64,000 bases of DNA from Candidatus Bathyarchaeia archaeon. Lineage in GTDB: Archaea; Thermoproteota; Bathyarchaeia; Bathyarchaeales; Bathycorpusculaceae. Position numbers and translations under genes: made by a program. The stretch is taken from positions 192,001 through 256,000 of the forward strand of contig JAVZNC010000001.1 of assembly GCA_038882955.1 (NCBI GenBank). Reading direction: 5' to 3'. How positions within the stretch are numbered: the stretch's first letter is position 1; every line of letters begins with the position of its first letter. Positions 59,235 to 64,000 of the stretch are shown here, one piece after another. The notes below the pieces were generated by a model. It had not been told where the DNA came from and searched no databases. It saw only the letters and a list, made by a program, of their open reading frames with translations.

Positions 59235-59747
59235 GTGAAAACAGCGTTATGTAGTTTCTGTCTTAAGAGTGGGATACTGTGTCCAAAGTGTTCAGCTAGG
59301 GTTAAGTCTGGCGAAGTAACTGAGCTTGATTTGAAAATTGCCCGTTTGCTGTTGCCCCTAGAAGAAAAGTATCCTTCACTTCAGAATGTGCATTTTCACG
59401 GGGCAGTTGAGGCTGACAACACCTTAGCAATTATTGTTGGACCTGGCGACGTTGCGCGTATTTTGGGTTATGGCGGCAAAATTATTAAAGCCTTAAGTGA
59501 GGAAACTGGCAAGAATATCCGCGTCTTGGAGCATGGTGTTGATAACAGAAAGTTTTTGGAGGATTTGTTCGCTCCGTTAAGCATCGTCACCATCAACACT
59601 ATTTGGCTGCCTGATGGCACAACTGAAACACGTGTTATTCTACGAAAGCGAAGGCGCGATTCTCGTTTGCCTTTCAATGTAAAGGCTTTAAAGGAAATTG
59701 CGCGTAAAGTTCGCAGTATGACGTTGCGCGTGGAGTTTGCAGATTAA
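59235..59747 (+). CDS. NusA-like KH domain protein with N-terminal Zn motif
   Basis: CSFC..SGILCPKC, LGYGGKII, INTIWLPDG. Confidence 0.75.
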   Translation: MKTALCSFCLKSGILCPKCSARVKSGEVTELDLKIARLLLPLEEKYPSLQNVHFHGAVEADNTLAIIVGPGDVARILGYGGKIIKALSEETGKNIRVLEHGVDNRKFLEDLFAPLSIVTINTIWLPDGTTETRVILRKRRRDSRLPFNVKALKEIARKVRSMTLRVEFAD

Positions 59748-59766
59748 AGGCGGATGGTGAACAGCC

Positions 59767-61086
59767 GTGAAGTTAGATTCTATTGGCGATTGGCGTAGAA
59801 CGCATTATTCCGTGGACGTTAAACCTGAACTGCACGGTTTAGACGTTATTCTTTTTGGGTGGGTTCAGGAGATTAGGGATTTAGGTGGAATTCGTTTTAT
59901 AATATTGCAGGACAGAGAAGGCACCATTCAAATTACGGTTCCAAAGAAAAAGGTTAGCGGCGAAGTGCTGTCGAAGTCTCAAATGCTTCAGAAACGCTAC
60001 AGCATAGGCGTTTTAGGAACAGTGCAGAAAACAGAAATTACGCCCCGCGGCGTCGAAGTAATACCGAAGGAAATTAGGATTTTCAGCACAGCAGCGCCGC
60101 AACTGCCACTGGACATTACGGGTAAAACGCCAGCGAAGCTTGATGTGAGGCTCGACGCTAGAGCGTTGGACTTGTGCAGCGAAGAAAACGTGGCGGTTTT
60201 TAAAATTCAACATGCAGCCGTAGAGGCAATACGGGATTTCCTTTTTGAGAGAGGCTTCATAGAAGTTCACACTCCACGGATTATTGCTTCAGCCACGGAA
60301 GGCGGTGCGGCGCTCTTTTCGGTTGATTATTTTGGCAGGAGAGCCTTCCTAGCCCAAAGCCCACAGTTGTATAAGGAACAGCTTGTCATGAGCCTAGAGA
60401 AGGTTTTTGAAGTGGGTCCATTTTTTAGGGCTGAGGAATCGCATACGCGAATGCACACAAGCGAGTTCGTTTCAATAGACATTGAGCAGGCGTTCGCTGA
60501 CGCTGAGGATGTTATGCAGTTGTTGGAGCAGTTGATTCAGCATGTCTGTAAAGTTGTAAACGAAAAATGTCAGCGCGAATTGGCGACGTTGAAACACAAG
60601 GTTCATGTTCCAGAAGTTCCATTCAAAAGGCTAACCTACAACGACGTTCTTGAAGACTTGAAAAGCGAAGGCGTAGAAATTCCTTGGGGAGAAGACATAC
60701 CAACGCCAGCGCTGCGAACGCTCGGCAAGATTCACCCAACATTCTATTTCATAACAGATTGGCCTACGCATTCAAAGGCTTTCTACATAAAGCCACGTGA
60801 CGAAAAACCAGAGATATGTGATGGTTTCGACTTGATGTGGCGATGGTTGGAACTTGTTTCTGGCGGAACAAGAATTGCAGATAAGGAATTGCTTATAAAG
60901 CGCTTGAAGGAGAAGGGGCTAAACCCAGAATCTTTCAAGCATCACTTGCAAGCTTTTGATTATGGTATGCCGCCACATGCTGGTTGGGCAATCGGTTTGG
61001 AACGCTTAACAATGATGCTGACTGGAAAAAGAAACATTAGGGAAGTTACGCTTTATCCAAGAGACAAGTTTAGGGTAACCCCATAA
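59767..61086 (+). CDS. aspS: Aspartyl-tRNA synthetase, archaeal type
   Basis: ATEGGA, AQSPQLYK, FRAEES, GMPPHAG. Confidence 0.95.
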   Translation: MKLDSIGDWRRTHYSVDVKPELHGLDVILFGWVQEIRDLGGIRFIILQDREGTIQITVPKKKVSGEVLSKSQMLQKRYSIGVLGTVQKTEITPRGVEVIPKEIRIFSTAAPQLPLDITGKTPAKLDVRLDARALDLCSEENVAVFKIQHAAVEAIRDFLFERGFIEVHTPRIIASATEGGAALFSVDYFGRRAFLAQSPQLYKEQLVMSLEKVFEVGPFFRAEESHTRMHTSEFVSIDIEQAFADAEDVMQLLEQLIQHVCKVVNEKCQRELATLKHKVHVPEVPFKRLTYNDVLEDLKSEGVEIPWGEDIPTPALRTLGKIHPTFYFITDWPTHSKAFYIKPRDEKPEICDGFDLMWRWLELVSGGTRIADKELLIKRLKEKGLNPESFKHHLQAFDYGMPPHAGWAIGLERLTMMLTGKRNIREVTLYPRDKFRVTP

Positions 61087-61225
61087 AATTTTCATAATTT
61101 TGGAGCTTTTCCACTGCAATGGTGACTCCCCCTCTAGGATTTTTCTGGTTTTATGTTATAGAGGGATATTACAGAATGGATAAAGAGGAGTCTGCGAATT
61201 ATTATTGTGGAGGAAGGAGAGCAGC

Positions 61226-61660
61226 ATGAAAAGATATTATGTTCTATCTATTGCTATAGCCATTTCACTTCTCACAATTAGCTTTTCAACCATACACTCG
61301 GAAGAAACACGATGGCTCTGTTTTGCATGCGAAGACGGCGGCGTTATTGACAAAACACCATGCGAAGCCTTCACTGTGCAGATAACTTTCAAAAACACTG
61401 GGAAATGCGAGGGCGCATGGTCTGTGAACATAGCCTTTGAAGGGGAAACTTGGAGTTGGAGCGGAGCACCGCAAACATTAACCCTCAAGCCACACAAAAC
61501 AAAAACTTTAACATGGAACGGCTCGGTTCCATGCGATGCGCCGATAAACTCCATAGCACGCCTAATAGTCTATTACAACGACTCTTTCACGCCTTTGAAC
61601 TGGTGGATTTACGTGGTTTCAGGCGCAGAGCTAACAGTAACATCAAGTCAAGTACGTTAA
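61226..61660 (+). CDS. Secreted Ig/CARDB-like protein
   Basis: Signal peptide, ITFKNTG, beta-rich. Confidence 0.6.
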   Translation: MKRYYVLSIAIAISLLTISFSTIHSEETRWLCFACEDGGVIDKTPCEAFTVQITFKNTGKCEGAWSVNIAFEGETWSWSGAPQTLTLKPHKTKTLTWNGSVPCDAPINSIARLIVYYNDSFTPLNWWIYVVSGAELTVTSSQVR

Positions 61661-61769
61661 GGCTTTTGCCTACGCTTTCTAAATTTAACATGATTTTTAG
61701 TTAAAAATGTAATAAAAACTCATAAGCAACCAGTTTCTACTTTGCGCCCGTAAAGGGGAGGAACCAAAA

Positions 61770-63257
61770 ATAGGGTGCGGAGTGTTCGGGGCTGTAAACT
61801 TCGAAAAACAGCCCATATTCCCATACATTTACTGGGGCATGCGCGCCCAAAACCATAGAGGACATCAGTCACACGGTTTCCTCACATACTATAACGGAAA
61901 ATTCCACACTCACAGAAGCCTAGACCTTATACCAAAAATAAAGACAAGCGCCATACAAGAATGGTTTGGAAGACTGCCCGGACACGTGGGCATAGCAAAT
62001 GTTAGGTACACAACCTCTGGAAAGTCCGATGAAAAATCGCTGATAAAGGGCACACAGCCAGTTACAGCATCAAAAAATGGGTTGAAGTTGGCTATCTCTT
62101 TTAACGGCAACGTGGTGAACACGCTTCACTTGAAAAGGGAAATATGTGAAACATTCCCGAAATTTTCCTACGAATGCGACGCCGACCTAATTTGCCACAA
62201 GCTGCTAATTGAACTAATGAAAGGTAAAGAGTTGGAGTCAGCCGTCGAAAACTGCATGCATGAAGTTGAAGGCGCATTTTCAGTTGCTGGAATAACGAAA
62301 GATGGCAGGTTCTTCGCATTTAAAGACCCGTATGGGATAAGACCACTATGCGCAGGTCACAGCCAAGACAAAAAAACATACGCTTTCTCGTCTGAAACCG
62401 TTGGGTTGGACATAAACGGCTTCGAAAAAGACTTCGAAATTGAACCAGGAGAACTTGTAACCGTTTCGGAAAGCGGCTTTAACCGACAAAAGCTCGTGGA
62501 TGGAAAATGTAGGGCGCTATGCGCCTTTGAGTTTGCATATTTTGCGAGACCAGATTCATCCTTTGATGAAAAATACGTTTACGAAGTGCGCGAAGAGTTT
62601 GGAAGAAACCTTGTTAGGGAAAACCCGGATATAGTTAAGGATGCGGACATAATCATTTCAATGCCAGAAACAGGCGACGACGCAGCAATGGGAGTTCACG
62701 AAGCCTCTGGGTTAAGATGGGAAAGAGCCTCGCGCAGACACAGATACGTGACGGAAAGAGCATTCATACTGCTTAACAAGGAGCGCTATGAAACAATAGA
62801 CAAGAAAATCAACATTTTAGCATCAAAAGTTAGGGGAAAACGCATCATAATAACCGAAGACAGCATCGTAAGAGGCGACACAACAAGAGTTGTCATCGAA
62901 AAGCTTCGCAGAATGGGCGCCAAAAAAGTCTACTTGTTCGTGACTTTCCCACGAATAATTGGACCATGCTTTTACGGAATCGACATGGCAACATACGGAC
63001 AACTGATAGGCTCAAAACACACGGCTGAAGAAATCGCGAAAATTATAGGCGCGGACGCCGTGCGCTATCAGTCGATGGAAAATTTTGTAAAAGCCACAGG
63101 CTTTTCAAGAGACCAGTTATGTTTAGGATGCGTGACTGGAAAATATCCAACGCCACTAGCGCAGAAGATAGCTGATGAGATGAGGAAGAGGTTCTTGGAG
63201 GGCTACGAGGAGACTGGAAGGCTCTACGAGATAATTGAAGCCCTAGAAGGAACGTAA
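61770..63257 (+). CDS. purF: Amidophosphoribosyltransferase (start uncertain)
   Basis: CGVFG (TGC at 61776), NHRG, VRYTT, CAFE..YFARPDS, EDSIVRG. Confidence 0.92.
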   Translation: MGCGVFGAVNFEKQPIFPYIYWGMRAQNHRGHQSHGFLTYYNGKFHTHRSLDLIPKIKTSAIQEWFGRLPGHVGIANVRYTTSGKSDEKSLIKGTQPVTASKNGLKLAISFNGNVVNTLHLKREICETFPKFSYECDADLICHKLLIELMKGKELESAVENCMHEVEGAFSVAGITKDGRFFAFKDPYGIRPLCAGHSQDKKTYAFSSETVGLDINGFEKDFEIEPGELVTVSESGFNRQKLVDGKCRALCAFEFAYFARPDSSFDEKYVYEVREEFGRNLVRENPDIVKDADIIISMPETGDDAAMGVHEASGLRWERASRRHRYVTERAFILLNKERYETIDKKINILASKVRGKRIIITEDSIVRGDTTRVVIEKLRRMGAKKVYLFVTFPRIIGPCFYGIDMATYGQLIGSKHTAEEIAKIIGADAVRYQSMENFVKATGFSRDQLCLGCVTGKYPTPLAQKIADEMRKRFLEGYEETGRLYEIIEALEGT

Positions 63258-63309
63258 CAACAAAATATGATTTTAAGCCAAATCTTATACATTAAGTGAA
63301 GGGAACATT

Positions 63310-64000
63310 ATGGAAAAGGTTGGCGTGCTCGCTGTCTCCTACGGCGCGAGAGAGACATCCATAATCGACGCCTTTGCGCGCAGCCTAAAATACAAAGTGG
63401 AAATTTATGTGGCTGACAAACAGAAAAACCCCTTTAACATTGAAAGGGCGAAAGAACACGTTGTCATACCAGACTTGAACGTGGAGGAAATCTGCAAATT
63501 TGCAGAGAAAAACAAAGACAAGATAGACTTTGGAATTGTGGGTCCGGAAAAGCCAATAATAGATGGTGTCCGCGACATGGTTGAGAAGCGAACTGGCATA
63601 CCGATGATTTGTCCAACAAAGGAATGCGCAATTGAAGCAAGCAAAGTTAAACAGCGCCTACTATTCGACGAAATTGCGCCAGAGGTGAACCCACGCTTCA
63701 AAATTTTCAACCCAAAAGATTATGGGAGCCAAGAAGAAGCCAAAAAAGAACTTTACAAGTGGCTTGACGAGCTTGATAATATGGCAGTTGTGAAGCCAGA
63801 TTTGCCAGCTGCTGGAAAAGGCGTAGGCGTGTGGGGCGACCACTTCACAAGCCGCGAGCAGCTCCTAGAACACTTTTTTGCGAACTTTCAGCATGGCGCA
63901 GTAATAGTTGAAGAAAAAATTGATGGCGAAGAATCAAGCTTTCAGGCTTTCTGTGACGGAAAACATCTCGTGCCCCTGCCAGACACTAGGGATTACAAAC
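63310..64000 (+). CDS. purD: Phosphoribosylamine--glycine ligase (3' partial)
   Basis: Manual translation GARE...VGPE...IEASK...VVKP...AGKGV...EEKIDGEE. Confidence 0.88.
   Translation, partial: MEKVGVLAVSYGARETSIIDAFARSLKYKVEIYVADKQKNPFNIERAKEHVVIPDLNVEEICKFAEKNKDKIDFGIVGPEKPIIDGVRDMVEKRTGIPMICPTKECAIEASKVKQRLLFDEIAPEVNPRFKIFNPKDYGSQEEAKKELYKWLDELDNMAVVKPDLPAAGKGVGVWGDHFTSREQLLEHFFANFQHGAVIVEEKIDGEESSFQAFCDGKHLVPLPDTRDYK

Noticed and set aside
180-63843. Numerous antisense or overlapping ORFs in the track
   Set aside because: They overlap well-supported genes and show no recognisable motifs

Overview
Archaeal chromosomal segment. Gene content and order look TACK-like, and Bathyarchaeia is my best guess, but this is inference. 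Most of the window is housekeeping: hypF-C-D and hypE, the L22-to-cmk ribosomal/secY superoperon (with an Hsp20 gene inserted), a glycosyltransferase cluster, DNA ligase, L24e/S28e/L7Ae, Gar1/TFB, sucCD, Alba, aspS, purF/purD, tRNA-Cys(GCA) and initiator tRNA-Met. The main non-routine items are: (1) a ~6.3 kb element integrated in tRNA-Cys, with 37-bp att repeats and an SSV1-type integrase split by the att site; it also encodes a HerA/FtsK-like ATPase-HTH, a nuclease and a stand-alone RarA C-domain, and carries an internal in-frame 31-bp repeat; (2) a threonine-synthase-like protein whose PLP Schiff-base Lys is replaced by Arg, fused to a PadR wHTH, upstream of a 24-bp palindrome, an ECF S-component and a PurM/ThiL-fold enzyme (candidate new vitamin-sensing/salvage regulon); (3) a divergent pair of paralogous coiled-coil proteins, one with a Cren7-like head and one with an acidic tail; (4) two unrelated divergent genes sharing a near-identical C-terminal Zn ribbon; (5) a candidate C/D-box guide RNA. 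All calls come from motif recognition by eye; no database searches were run.
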